Positions 1 to 9,795 of a DNA stretch of 64,000 bases are shown here, in pieces. The stretch is from Acidobacteriota bacterium. GTDB lineage: Bacteria > Acidobacteriota > Thermoanaerobaculia > Gp7-AA8. The stretch is from assembly GCA_019244185.1 (NCBI GenBank), contig JAFATB010000014.1, positions 544,001-608,000 on the forward strand, written 5' to 3'. The notes beneath the pieces are model-generated. The model was not told the origin of the DNA, ran no database searches, and saw only the letters and a program-made list of their open reading frames with translations. Position 1 is the first letter of the stretch. The number at the start of each line of letters is the position of its first letter. Position numbers and translations under genes: made by a program.

Positions 1-288
1 ACGGTCGGGAATCTCCTCGGCACGCGCATGGTGCTCAACGAGTTCGTGGCGTTCGCCAAGCTCGGTGAGCCGGGCGTCGGCTCGAGCCTCTCGCCGCGCA
101 GCTTCGTGATCGTGACGTACGCGCTCTGCGGCTTCGCGAACTTTTCGTCGATCGCGATTCAGATCGGCGGCATCGGCTCGCTCGCGCCGTCGCGTCGCGG
201 CGATCTCGCGCGGCTGGGCTTGCGCGCGATGATCGCGGGGACGCTGGCGAACTTTCTGACGGCGACGATCGCGGGAGCGATTTTGTAG
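1..288 (+). CDS. nupC: CNT/NupC family nucleoside transporter, C-terminal part (5' truncated by the window)
   Basis: The frame is open from base 1. NEFVAF and [20 protein letters not shown]...[10 protein letters not shown] are hallmark CNT C-terminal motifs. Confidence 0.9.
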   Translation, partial: TVGNLLGTRMVLNEFVAFAKLGEPGVGSSLSPRSFVIVTYALCGFANFSSIAIQIGGIGSLAPSRRGDLARLGLRAMIAGTLANFLTATIAGAIL

Positions 289-306
289 GGAGCAGGTGAG
301 GGATCG

Positions 307-885
307 CTACTCCTCTCCCTCCTCCTTCACCGGCACCATCGAAATCGTGATCGCGTAGCGCGTGCCGCGCGTGCGCGGACCGCGCGCCGCGTTCTGCGTG
401 CGGGTGAGCGCGCCGAGGAGGTCATCGCGGAGCGCGCGGGCAGCGCGTTGGGAGAGGCGGAGCACGCCGCGCACGGCGACGATCAACTCCGACGAGTCGT
501 CGTCCGCCGTCGCCAGCGCGCGGGCGAGCTCGTTGCGCGCTTGATCGAACACCAGCATGCCCATCGCGGCGCGTTCGCGCGCGCCGGCGCGTGACGTTGG
601 GAACGTCTGCTCGTCGGCGAGAAAACGATGGGCGACGGCCTCGAAGTACTTTTCCGTCGTCCCGCGGTTCGGCCGCGTCTCGCGCAGCCGGATGAGGCCC
701 GCACGTTCGAGCGCGGCCACGTGGTGGTAGAGCCGCGTCGGAGACTCGTCCATCGCCTCCGCGGCCTGCTTCGTCGTCCGCGGGCGCGCCGCGAACAGCT
801 CGAGCAGACGGAGGCGGGTGGGGTGGGAGAGGGCGCGGACCTGCGCGAGTCCGTTCACCGTTTGCGTTGCACGCTTCCTGGCCAT
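307..885 (-). CDS. ArsR-like winged-HTH transcriptional regulator
   Basis: RALSHPTRLRLLELF...RLYHHVAALERAGLI...EKYF matches the HTH_20-type pattern. Confidence 0.85.
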   Translation of the reverse strand: MARKRATQTVNGLAQVRALSHPTRLRLLELFAARPRTTKQAAEAMDESPTRLYHHVAALERAGLIRLRETRPNRGTTEKYFEAVAHRFLADEQTFPTSRAGARERAAMGMLVFDQARNELARALATADDDSSELIVAVRGVLRLSQRAARALRDDLLGALTRTQNAARGPRTRGTRYAITISMVPVKEEGEE

Positions 886-911
886 GTCGCCGGCGAATGT
901 AGCGTATTTGA

Positions 912-939
912 CGATTATTCAACTTTTATTGAATAATCG
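912..939. promoter_or_regulatory. Perfect 11-bp inverted repeat, probable operator of the ArsR-like regulator
   Basis: CGATTATTCAA-N6-TTGAATAATCG lies in the AT-rich gap between the divergent regulator and CPBP genes. Confidence 0.75.
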
Positions 940-946
940 CGCGGTC

Positions 947-1624
947 ATGAATGAACTGCTCGCGCTGTGGATCGTGCTCGTCAACCCGCTGGTCGATGTC
1001 GTGCTTTACCGACAGCTGGGCCGTTCCTCCGCCGCGAGCTCGCGGCTGCGCTACTACGCGATCGGTCTCGCACTGCAGTGGACGGTCACGCTCTGCGTCC
1101 TCTTCGTGTCGCGGCGTGACGCCGCCGCGTGGCAGGGCTTTCGATTCGCGGTTGGACCACCGCTGCGGTTCGCGCTCGGCTTCGCCATCGGCGCCGCTTA
1201 TCTCGCGGTGATGCTCGCGCAGCGGCGGAAGCTCATCGCGCGGCCGGAGCTGATGCCGCTCGTCCGCCGGTCCTTCCATCGCGCGGAACTGCTGCTGCCG
1301 CATACGCGCGCCGAGCTCCGCGCGTTCACCGCGATCGCGCTGACCGCGGGTTTCACCGAGGAAGTGCTCTACCGCGGCTTCCTGCTCACGTATGCGAACG
1401 CGTTCCTCGGACTCGGACTGGCCATCTTCGCGAGCTCGCTCGCGTTCGGCTTCGCGCACGTCTACCTCGGCTGGCGTCACGTCGCGCGTACGGCGATCGT
1501 CGGGCTCGCATTCGCGGGACTGCTGTTTCTCTCCGGCTCGATCTGGCCCGCGATCGCAACGCACGCCGCGATCGATCTCGTGGCCGGCAACCTCGGATGG
1601 CATGCGCTCCGCGGCGCGGATTGA
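947..1624 (+). CDS. CPBP (CAAX/Abi) family intramembrane glutamic endopeptidase
   Basis: Motifs EEVLYRG, FGFAHVY and HAAID with several TM helices; ATG at 947 follows the operator. Confidence 0.88.
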   Translation: MNELLALWIVLVNPLVDVVLYRQLGRSSAASSRLRYYAIGLALQWTVTLCVLFVSRRDAAAWQGFRFAVGPPLRFALGFAIGAAYLAVMLAQRRKLIARPELMPLVRRSFHRAELLLPHTRAELRAFTAIALTAGFTEEVLYRGFLLTYANAFLGLGLAIFASSLAFGFAHVYLGWRHVARTAIVGLAFAGLLFLSGSIWPAIATHAAIDLVAGNLGWHALRGAD

Positions 1625-1651
1625 GGAACCTCTGTACAAGGCACAGGTTCC

Positions 1652-2599
1652 CTAGCGCAGCGCGTCGAGCAATGCCGCGAAGTCCGGCGCGAGCGGCGCC
1701 ACGAACGTCATCCGCTCGCCGCTGCGCGGATGCGGCAGCGTGATGCGCGCGGCGTGCAGCGCCTGCCGCGTGAACGACGCGAGCGTGCGCTGCACCTTCT
1801 TGTCCGGAATGCCGCGCCACTGCGGGCCGGAGTAGAGCGGATCGCCGACGAGCGGATGTCCGGCGTGCTTCAGATGCACGCGGATCTGATGCGTGCGCCC
1901 GGTGCGGAGGCGGCACTGCACGAGCGAGACGTACCGCAACCGCTCGCGCAGCTCGTAGTCCGTCACGGCGCGGCGTCCACCGTTCGCGACGACGGCCATG
2001 CGTTTGCGGTCGCGCGGATCGCGACCGATTGCCGCGTCGATGGTGCCGCGATCGGGATCGGGCGTGCCGTAGACAAGCGCGAGGTACTCCTTGCGCATGG
2101 CGTCCGTGCTCCACGCCTCGGTGAGCCTGCGGTGCGCGTCGTCGTGCTTCGCGATCACCATCACGCCGCTCGTGTCCTTGTCGAGCCGGTGCACGATGCC
2201 GGGGCGGATCTCGCCGCCGACGCCGGAGAGGTCCTTCACGTGGAAGAGCAGCGCGTTGACGAGCGTGCCGTCGGCGTGTCCCGCCGCGGGATGGACGACG
2301 AGTCCCGCGGGTTTGTCGATCGCGACGAGGTCGTCGTCCTCGTAGAGGATCGTGAGCGGAAGGTCCTGCGAGACCGCCGAGGACGGCGCCGCATCGGGCA
2401 CGTCGATCGCAACGCGCTGCCCGTCCTCGACGCGCTGCGACGGTTTGGCCGCGACGCGATCGTCGACGCGCACGCGTCCTTCTTCGATGAGGCGTGCGAG
2501 GAAGTTGCGGCTGTGCTCGGGGAAGAGGATGCCGAGGGCACGGTCGAGGCGGAGACCGGCGTGAGCGGGGGTGATGGCGGCCTCAGACGTAGTGCTCAC
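1652..2599 (-). CDS. rluD: RluA/RluD family 23S rRNA pseudouridine synthase with S4 domain
   Basis: RLDRAL S4 start, KPAGLVVHP, HRLDKDTSG and GRTHQIRVH motifs. The GTG start is approximate. Confidence 0.9.
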   Translation of the reverse strand: MSTTSEAAITPAHAGLRLDRALGILFPEHSRNFLARLIEEGRVRVDDRVAAKPSQRVEDGQRVAIDVPDAAPSSAVSQDLPLTILYEDDDLVAIDKPAGLVVHPAAGHADGTLVNALLFHVKDLSGVGGEIRPGIVHRLDKDTSGVMVIAKHDDAHRRLTEAWSTDAMRKEYLALVYGTPDPDRGTIDAAIGRDPRDRKRMAVVANGGRRAVTDYELRERLRYVSLVQCRLRTGRTHQIRVHLKHAGHPLVGDPLYSGPQWRGIPDKKVQRTLASFTRQALHAARITLPHPRSGERMTFVAPLAPDFAALLDALR

Positions 2600-2748
2600 G
2601 AGGGTGACGTTCTCCGGATGTGATCCGTATACGTTCGTTGACAACGATGTGGAGCAGCAGCGCGCGATTCGCGTAGAATGCGGCGGCAGCATATCGTTGG
2701 ATGCAGTGCAGACCAATATCACGTGGTGTTAAAGGGGAGAATATGTTC

Positions 2749-3753
2749 ATGAAGAAACTCGGTGTCGCGGCGGCCATGATGCTCTGCGCGTTCGGCGCAT
2801 CCGCGAGTAACTTCCGCGGTGCGGACCAGGTGTATTTGCCGGTCGCCGGTCACGTGGGTGGTTCGAGCGGTACGTTCATCTCGGACGTGTATCTGTCGAA
2901 CCTCAGCCAGACCGAAGACGTCGACGTGTCGGTGATCTATCAGCCGATCGGCGAAGGTGGCGGCTCGGGAACGGAGTTCAAGAACGTCATCACGCTCACG
3001 GCCGGTGAGCGTCGCGAGATCACGGACTTTTTCCCGACGGTTCTCGGCCAGAACGGCTACGGACAGCTGATCTTCAACGGCTGCCTCAAGGGCGCGAACT
3101 GCGGCCCCGAGACGCAGGACGACAACGGCAACAGCCCGAACTATCGCGCCATCAGCGCGGAGAGCCGCATTTATCAGATCCCGAACGGCGGCTCGGTCAA
3201 CGACGGCACCACGGGCCAGCTCTTCTCCGGCATTCCCTGGTACAACTTCGTGAGCTCGCTCCAGAGCGCGCAGGGTCTCGACAAGATCTTCATCACCGGC
3301 ATCCGCCAGACCGGTCTCGCCGGAGCCGCTGGCACGTTCCGCACGAACATCGGCCTCGTGAACGCGTCGCAGTACAACACGACCGAGATGGTCGTCACGC
3401 TCTATCAGGGTTCGACCAGCGCGACCAGCAAGAAGGGCGAGTATCACCTCGACCTCGGCCCGCTCGGCAGCGTGCAGAAGGGCTTCGGCGAGATGTTCGG
3501 CAACGACATCACCGGCACGAACTTCTTCGTCACCGTCGAGCAGCGCAACAACCGCCCGAGCCCCGATTCGCCGAGCGGCTGCACGCAGGGCTGCCCGGCC
3601 TTCCTCGCGTACGGCTCGATCCTCGACAACAAGTCGGGTGACGCGACGACGCTCGAAGCGCAGTACATGCAGGCGCTCTCGCCGGAAGCGATCACCGTCA
3701 TCTACCCGAACGGCTCGGGCAAGACGCTGATGCACCGCAGCGTGCACCACTAA
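2749..3753 (+). CDS. Secreted protein made of one uncharacterised ~230-300 aa beta module, ending in HRSVHH
   Basis: RBS AAGGGGAG; signal peptide MKKLGVAAAMMLCAFGASA; motifs YLPVAGH..SDV..N, FRTNIGLVN and AYGSILDN..GD are shared with the C-terminus of 41462-47755. Confidence 0.85.
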   Translation: MKKLGVAAAMMLCAFGASASNFRGADQVYLPVAGHVGGSSGTFISDVYLSNLSQTEDVDVSVIYQPIGEGGGSGTEFKNVITLTAGERREITDFFPTVLGQNGYGQLIFNGCLKGANCGPETQDDNGNSPNYRAISAESRIYQIPNGGSVNDGTTGQLFSGIPWYNFVSSLQSAQGLDKIFITGIRQTGLAGAAGTFRTNIGLVNASQYNTTEMVVTLYQGSTSATSKKGEYHLDLGPLGSVQKGFGEMFGNDITGTNFFVTVEQRNNRPSPDSPSGCTQGCPAFLAYGSILDNKSGDATTLEAQYMQALSPEAITVIYPNGSGKTLMHRSVHH

Positions 3754-3777
3754 GATCCTTTCCCGGGACGTTGACGC

Positions 3778-3807
3778 AAGGCCGCGCCGAGAGGCGCGGC
3801 CTTTTTT
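3778..3807 (+). terminator. Intrinsic terminator
   Basis: AAGGCCGCGCC-GAGA-GGCGCGGCCTT followed by a T-run. Confidence 0.85.
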
Positions 3808-3822
3808 GTACCATTGCGCCGC

Positions 3823-4554
3823 ATGCAAAGCCCACGAACCCGCCGTGTTCAGCGGGTGCACCTGGCGCAGCCTCTGCTCGCGCGGCTCGGCTCGACGCAG
3901 GTGGTGCTCGTCGACGTGAGCGTGCTCGGCGCGCGGGTGGAGCATCACGTGCCGCTCGTGGCCGGCGCGCATGCGCGGCTCTCGTTCGTCTGCGAGGGGG
4001 AAGAGATCGCGACCGACTGCCGCATCGTCCGCTCGCGGCTGGAGCGTTTCTCCGTCGGCGCCGACGGCCTCACGGTCTATCACTCCGGACTCGAGTTCGA
4101 GAACCTCGACGAGGCGACGCGCGCGCAGCTCAAGACCATCATCGGCCGCTGCATCACGCGCGCGCTCGAGGAGCAGAAGCTCAACGCGCGCGGCGTGCTG
4201 CCGCAGCATTCGATCGACCGCATGCCGATCTTCCGCTTCGGACAGCTCACGGCCGACGCGCGCGACAAGGAAGTGGCGGGCGCCGCGTATCTCCCCGCCG
4301 CGCGCGTGGCGAACGAGACCGGCTACATCTGCTACGCGCTCGAGAACGATCACTGGCGTCGCAAGCGCACGCACGATCCCGGGCAGCCGCACGAGGGCTT
4401 CACGATCTCCGCGAATGAAGACCACGATCAGGCCGAGCTGCTGTGCGATGCGTACCGCCGTTCCGACCGCGACGGACGCAGGCTCATCCAGCTGTGCGCG
4501 CAGCTCAGCATCGTCGACGGCGAGGGGATTTCGCCGGGGCGTTTCGACCCCTGA
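3823..4554 (+). CDS. PilZ-domain protein (putative c-di-GMP receptor) with an unknown C-terminal region
   Basis: N-terminal RRVQR (RxxxR) and DVSVLG (DxSxxG), then a GLEF strand. Confidence 0.75.
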   Translation: MQSPRTRRVQRVHLAQPLLARLGSTQVVLVDVSVLGARVEHHVPLVAGAHARLSFVCEGEEIATDCRIVRSRLERFSVGADGLTVYHSGLEFENLDEATRAQLKTIIGRCITRALEEQKLNARGVLPQHSIDRMPIFRFGQLTADARDKEVAGAAYLPAARVANETGYICYALENDHWRRKRTHDPGQPHEGFTISANEDHDQAELLCDAYRRSDRDGRRLIQLCAQLSIVDGEGISPGRFDP

Positions 4555-4652
4555 CCGGCGAGCCGTTTCCGGGAATCGTCCCCGGGAAGCCTCTGTTGTC
4601 GGCAAACGCAGTGCTGTGTTAGTCTTCGACGGCTTTCGAGCAACACCTTTCG

Positions 4653-4679
4653 AAAGCGGCCGATTCGGCCGCTTTTTTT
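4653..4679 (+). terminator. rimP-leader type terminator/attenuator
   Basis: AAAGCGGCCG-ATT-CGGCCGC followed by T7, directly upstream of rimP. Confidence 0.7.
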
Positions 4680-4683
4680 GTTG

Positions 4684-5160
4684 ATGGGGCTAATGAACGG
4701 ACTACCGGAACGGGTCGAGCAGCAGGTCCAGCGGATCGTCGAATCCGAAGGGCTGGAGCTCGTCCACATCGATTATCGGCGCCAGGGACACGCGTTCCTG
4801 CTGCGCATCGATATCGACAAGGAGGGCGGCGTCACGATCGACGACTGCTCGCTCGTCTCGCAGCAGGTGTCCGCGTGGCTCGACGTCGAGGATCCGATTC
4901 CGGCCGAGTACGAGCTGCAGGTGTCGTCGCCCGGCCTGGACCGGAAGTTCTACCGCACGTCCGACTACGAGAAGTTCGTCGGCCGTCTCGTGCGCGTGAA
5001 AACGAGCAAGGCCGTCCGCGGCCTGCACGTCATCGTCGGGACGCTCAAGCAGTTCGATGGAGCCACCGTCGTCGTCACCGATCCGGTGGTGAAAAAAGAT
5101 CCGGACTACGCGATCCCGCTCGCGGACATCAAGGAAACGCGTTTGGAAGTGGAGATCTAA
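4684..5160 (+). CDS. rimP: Ribosome maturation factor RimP
   Basis: LRIDIDKEGGVTIDDC and YELQVSSPGLDR motifs; sits before nusA. Start is 4684 or 4693. Confidence 0.95.
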   Translation: MGLMNGLPERVEQQVQRIVESEGLELVHIDYRRQGHAFLLRIDIDKEGGVTIDDCSLVSQQVSAWLDVEDPIPAEYELQVSSPGLDRKFYRTSDYEKFVGRLVRVKTSKAVRGLHVIVGTLKQFDGATVVVTDPVVKKDPDYAIPLADIKETRLEVEI

Positions 5161-5164
5161 CGGG

Positions 5165-6682
5165 ATGTTCAACGACAAAGACATCAAGGCGCTGGCTTAC
5201 GAGAAGTCGATCGAGCCGGATCGCGTCTACGCGGCGCTCGAAGATGCGCTTTCGACCGCGGCGCGCAAGTACTACAAGACGCGCGAGCCGATCGAGGCGA
5301 AGATCAACCGCACCGACGGCTCCGTGATCGTCATGGCGGTCAAGGAAGTGGTCGCCGACGAGAACGAGATCGAAGACCCGCAGGCGCAGTGGACGCTCGC
5401 GGCCGCGCGCAAAGTCGACTCCAACGCGGAGATCGGCACGCCGATCCGCCTGCCGTTCATCACCAAGGAAGTCGTGGACGTCGTCCGCGATCCGAACACG
5501 CAGATCCGCACGTACGAGGCGCAGAAGCTCGACTCCGAGGTCGAACAGGGCGATGAAGTGAAGATCGTGCTCAGCGGCAATGCCGCAGAGTTCGGCCGCA
5601 TCGCCGCGCAGTCGGCCAAGCAGGTCCTCTATCAGAAGGTCCGCGAGGCGGAGCGCGAGAAGGTCTTCAACGAGTTCAAGGACAAGATGGGCGAGCTCGA
5701 AAACGGCTACGTGAAGCGTTTCGAGCGCGGCGACATGATCATCGATCTCAACGGCAAGACCGAGGGGATCATCCCGCGCTCGCAGCAGTCGCGCGCGGAG
5801 CGTTACTCGCAGGGCGACCGCATCAAGGCCGTCATCGTCGACGTCCATACGCAGCCGAAGGGACCGCAGGTCGTGCTCTCGCGCACGGACCCGCGTCTGC
5901 TCATCAAGCTCTTCGAGATGGAAGTGCCGGAGATCTACGACGGAACGGTCGTGATCAAGGGCGCCGTGCGCGAGCCGGGCGAGCGCGCGAAGATCGCGGT
6001 CATGTCGCGCGAGCGCGACGTCGATCCGGTCGGCGCGTGCGTGGGCATGAAGGGCTCGCGCGTGCAGTCCATCATCCGCGAGTTGCGCGGCGAGAAGATC
6101 GACATCATTCCCTGGCACGACGACATCGTGAACTACGCGCAGAACGCGCTCGCGCCGGCGAAGATCACCCGCGTCTCCGTCACCAGCGACGAGAGCGCGC
6201 ATCGCCCGCACCTCGACGTCATCGTCGACAACGACCAGCTCTCGCTCGCCATCGGCAAGCGCGGCCTCAACGTCCGGCTCGCGGCGGAGCTCATCGGCGC
6301 GAAGATCGACATCAAGTCCGAAGAGGAAGTGAAGGGCGAGGTCGCGGACGCGCTTGCGGCCATGCTGCAGGAAGCGATGGCCGAGACGCGCGCGCAGACC
6401 GCCGTCACCGAGATCGAAAACATGCCCGAGGATTGGGCGCAGCTGCTCGAGGACGCCGGCTACGACGACCTCGACTCCGTGATCAACGCCTCCGTCGAAG
6501 ACCTCACGGCCATCGAAGGCGTCGACGAGGAGACCGCGGCGAAAATGATCGAGCTCGCGCGCAAGCACGAGCAGGTCGATGAAGGCGATGGCGATGCTGT
6601 CGCCGAAGAAGGCGACGAAGACGACGATGCAGCGGCGGAAGAGGCTTCCGACGAGCAGCAGGAAGAAGCCTCGGTCGAATGA
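5165..6682 (+). CDS. nusA: Transcription termination/antitermination factor NusA
   Basis: FGRIAAQSAKQV, S1 and KH domains (REPGERAKIAV, AIGKRGLNVRLA), C-terminal HhH/acidic tail. Confidence 0.97.
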   Translation: MFNDKDIKALAYEKSIEPDRVYAALEDALSTAARKYYKTREPIEAKINRTDGSVIVMAVKEVVADENEIEDPQAQWTLAAARKVDSNAEIGTPIRLPFITKEVVDVVRDPNTQIRTYEAQKLDSEVEQGDEVKIVLSGNAAEFGRIAAQSAKQVLYQKVREAEREKVFNEFKDKMGELENGYVKRFERGDMIIDLNGKTEGIIPRSQQSRAERYSQGDRIKAVIVDVHTQPKGPQVVLSRTDPRLLIKLFEMEVPEIYDGTVVIKGAVREPGERAKIAVMSRERDVDPVGACVGMKGSRVQSIIRELRGEKIDIIPWHDDIVNYAQNALAPAKITRVSVTSDESAHRPHLDVIVDNDQLSLAIGKRGLNVRLAAELIGAKIDIKSEEEVKGEVADALAAMLQEAMAETRAQTAVTEIENMPEDWAQLLEDAGYDDLDSVINASVEDLTAIEGVDEETAAKMIELARKHEQVDEGDGDAVAEEGDEDDDAAAEEASDEQQEEASVE

Positions 6683-6741
6683 TCGGGTCCCTCATCATGT
6701 GACGCGCGAAGCCCGGCGGTAAACAGATCCAAGGAGATTGA

Positions 6742-9693
6742 ATGGCGGCAGCAAAGATTCGAGTGAGCGACATCGCGAAGAGGATGGGCAAGTCCGAGAA
6801 GGACGTCATCTTCCAGCTCCAGTCGCTCGGCGCGGAGGTCTCCGACGCCTCCCAGGTGCTCGAGCCTGAAGTGATTCAGGCGTTGATCACCGGGAAGAAG
6901 CTGACCACGCGCACGCGCAGCGTCATCATGCGCGAGGACAAACCGCAGGTCGAAAAGAAGAAGGAAGCGGTGCGTCCGCCACGCCCGATCGTGCAGCCGC
7001 CGGTGCGCGCCAAACGCGAGGTGCCGAAGGAAGAGCCGGTCGTTGCGCCCGCGCAGCCGGCTGTCATCATCCAGGAGTTCGTGGAGGCCGCGGAAGCCGA
7101 AGAGCGCGCCGCGAAGGAAGCGCCGCCGGCTCCCGAGAAGCACCCGAAGGTCGCCGCCGAAGCCGCGCCCGCCGTCGAAACGCCGGAGCCGGAAGTCAGC
7201 GAAGCGCCGCGCGAGGCGCCCGCCGCCGCAGCAGCGGCGCAGCCGTCCGCACCGGCGCCGGCAGCACCGGAGCGTCCGCGCGTCACGCCGCCGCGTCCGA
7301 TCACGCCGCCTCCCGCGGGCGCCGATCGCCGCCCGACCGGTCCCACCGGTCCGCGCGCGCGTGCGCCGCAGGGTCCGCGTCCGAACTACGCCGGCCAGCA
7401 GACCGTGCCGACCGGCCGTCCGATGAACGCGCCGGGCGCGCCGTCGGGTCCGCGTCCCAACGCGCCGATGGGCGCGCGTCCCGCCGGTCCTGGCGGTCCG
7501 CGTCCCGGCGGTCCGATGGGTCAGCGTCCGGGCGGTCCGATGGGAGCGCGTCCTGCCGGTGGTCCTGGCGGCATGCGCGGTCCGGGCACGGGTCCGGGCA
7601 ACTTCCGCCCCGCGGGCGGACGTCCGATGAATACGCCGCCTCCGCCACCGATGGTGCCGGGCGCGAACATCATCCGTCGCAAGAAAGAAGACGAGACCTC
7701 GGACGATCGCGAGAAGAAGAAGAGCACGCAGAAGCGCGGCAAGACCGTGCGCGCCGCGGAGTTCGATCAGGAACTGCTGACCAAGGGACCCTTCTCGGGC
7801 ACGCAGGTCATCAACGACGACATCGGTCCGGACATCGTCCTGCCCGACGTCGACGAGCCGAAGCGTGTCTCCTCGCGCCGCGACGCCCGCAAGCAGTCCG
7901 CGCCGAACGCGCGCGTGCTCGAGTTCAAGCGTCCCACCGGACGCGTGGCCCTCACCGAAGGCGTCACCGTGAAGGAACTCGCCGAAAAGATCGACGTCAA
8001 GGCGAGCGATCTCATGAAGCACCTCTTCATGAAGAAGGGGCTCATGGTCTCGATCAACCAGCCGCTCGGCGGCGAGCTCGCACTCGAAGTGTCGCGCGAG
8101 CTCGGCATCGACGCGGAAATCGTCTCCTTCGAAGAAGCGGTCGAGATGGAAGCGATGGAGCGTACCGAGGTCACCGGCACCGTGCCGCGCGGCCCGGTCA
8201 TCACCGTCATGGGTCACGTCGACCACGGCAAGACCTCGCTCCTCGACGCCATCCGAGAAACGAATGTCGCCGGCGGTGAAGCGGGCGGCATCACGCAGCA
8301 CATCGGCGCGTATCACGTCGAGAAGCGCGGCCGGAAGATCGTCTTCCTCGACACGCCGGGCCACGAGGCCTTCACGATGATGCGCGCGCGCGGCGCGAAG
8401 GTGACGGACATCGTCATCCTCGTCGTCGCCGCGGACGACGGTGTCATGCCGCAGACGAAGGAAGCGATCGATCACGCGAAGGCCGCGAAGGTCCCGATGA
8501 TCGTGGCCATCAACAAGATCGACAAGCCGAACGCGAACGTCGAGCGCGTGCGCCGCGAGCTCGCGGATGCGAACGTGCTCGTCGAGCAGTGGGGCGGCGA
8601 AGTCGTCTCCGTCGAGGTCTCGGCCGTGAAGCGCCAGGGCATCGACGACCTGCTCGACATGATCCTGCTCACCGCCGACATCCTCGATCTCAAGGCGAAC
8701 CCCGACATGCCCGCCAAGGGCGTGGTGCTCGAGGCGCGCAAGGAAGTCGGCCGCGGCATCGTCGCCACCGCGCTCATTCAGGACGGCACGCTGAAGATCG
8801 GCGATCCGTTCTTCTCCGGCTCCACGTGGGGCCGCGTGCGCGCGATGACCGACGAGCGCGGCGAGCGCATCAAGGACGCCGGTCCCGCGACGCCGGTGCA
8901 GGTCACCGGTTTCGAAGACGTCCCGAACGCCGGCGACTCCATCGCCGTCGTCGACGACGATACGCAGGCGCGCATGATCGGCCAGATGCGGCAGGAGAAA
9001 GTGCGCGAGGCGGCCCAGCAGAAGGGCGGCCGCATGTCGCTCGATCAGCTGTTCCAGCGCATGCAGAGCGGCGGTGTCAAGGAACTGAACCTCATCGTCA
9101 AAGCGGACGTGCAGGGCTCGGTCGAAGTGCTCAACGAGACGCTGCGCAAGCTCTCGACCAGCGAGGTCAAAGTCAGCGTCATCCACTCCTCGGTCGGGGC
9201 GATTTCGACGAACGACGTGCTCCTCGCGACGGCGTCCGACGCGATCGTGGTCGGCTTCAACGTCCGCCCCGAGCGCAACGCGTCCGAGCTCGCGGAGAAG
9301 GAAGGCGTCGACGTCCGCCTCTACACCGTCATCTACACCCTGGTCGACGAGATCAAGGGCGCGATGGTCGGCCTGCTCGATCCGAAGTTCCAGGAAGTCT
9401 TCCAGGGCCGCGCCGAAGTGCGCGACACGTTCAAGGTGCCGAAGATCGGCGTCATCGCCGGCTGCATGGTCACCGACGGCGTGATCCCGCGCACGGCCAG
9501 CGTCCGCCTGCTGCGCGACAACCGCGTGATTTACGAGGGAAAGATCGGCTCGCTCCGCCACTTCAAGAACGACGTTGCGGAAGTCCGCCAGGGCTTCGAG
9601 TGCGGCATCGGCATCGAGAAGTTCCAGGACATCAAGAACGGCGACGTGATCGAAGCCTTCAAAATCGAGAAGCTCGAGCCGGCGCTGGGCTGA
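6742..9693 (+). CDS. infB: Translation initiation factor IF-2
   Basis: [20 protein letters not shown] and NKID G-motifs; Pro/Gly-rich N-terminal linker. Confidence 0.98.
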   Translation: MAAAKIRVSDIAKRMGKSEKDVIFQLQSLGAEVSDASQVLEPEVIQALITGKKLTTRTRSVIMREDKPQVEKKKEAVRPPRPIVQPPVRAKREVPKEEPVVAPAQPAVIIQEFVEAAEAEERAAKEAPPAPEKHPKVAAEAAPAVETPEPEVSEAPREAPAAAAAAQPSAPAPAAPERPRVTPPRPITPPPAGADRRPTGPTGPRARAPQGPRPNYAGQQTVPTGRPMNAPGAPSGPRPNAPMGARPAGPGGPRPGGPMGQRPGGPMGARPAGGPGGMRGPGTGPGNFRPAGGRPMNTPPPPPMVPGANIIRRKKEDETSDDREKKKSTQKRGKTVRAAEFDQELLTKGPFSGTQVINDDIGPDIVLPDVDEPKRVSSRRDARKQSAPNARVLEFKRPTGRVALTEGVTVKELAEKIDVKASDLMKHLFMKKGLMVSINQPLGGELALEVSRELGIDAEIVSFEEAVEMEAMERTEVTGTVPRGPVITVMGHVDHGKTSLLDAIRETNVAGGEAGGITQHIGAYHVEKRGRKIVFLDTPGHEAFTMMRARGAKVTDIVILVVAADDGVMPQTKEAIDHAKAAKVPMIVAINKIDKPNANVERVRRELADANVLVEQWGGEVVSVEVSAVKRQGIDDLLDMILLTADILDLKANPDMPAKGVVLEARKEVGRGIVATALIQDGTLKIGDPFFSGSTWGRVRAMTDERGERIKDAGPATPVQVTGFEDVPNAGDSIAVVDDDTQARMIGQMRQEKVREAAQQKGGRMSLDQLFQRMQSGGVKELNLIVKADVQGSVEVLNETLRKLSTSEVKVSVIHSSVGAISTNDVLLATASDAIVVGFNVRPERNASELAEKEGVDVRLYTVIYTLVDEIKGAMVGLLDPKFQEVFQGRAEVRDTFKVPKIGVIAGCMVTDGVIPRTASVRLLRDNRVIYEGKIGSLRHFKNDVAEVRQGFECGIGIEKFQDIKNGDVIEAFKIEKLEPALG

Positions 9694-9700
9694 TGCGTCA

Positions 9701-9795
9701 AACGATGAATGCTGAACGATGAACGATGAACCGGGCGAAACCGGTCATCGTTCATGTTCATCGTTCCGCGTTCATCGCTCATCGTTCGTGTTCAC
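9701..9795. repeat. Heptamer-built inverted repeat (GATGAAC)n...(GTTCATC)n
   Basis: About 4 GATGAAC-like units followed by about 7-8 degenerate GTTCATC units, filling the infB-DUF503 gap up to the ATG at 9796. Confidence 0.8.

Noticed and set aside
947-1624. CPBP protease as the processing enzyme for the RAVRH-like tag
   Set aside because: CPBP enzymes act on membrane-associated substrates and the tag has no TM helix. The gene is paired with its own ArsR regulator, and only loose proximity supports a link.
4555-4652. Possible tRNA or riboswitch upstream of rimP
   Set aside because: There are short hairpins but no cloverleaf or aptamer consensus that I can recognise.
7020-7680. Pro/Gly/Met-rich repeats in IF-2
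   Set aside because: A variable low-complexity N-terminal linker is normal for IF-2 in high-GC bacteria.
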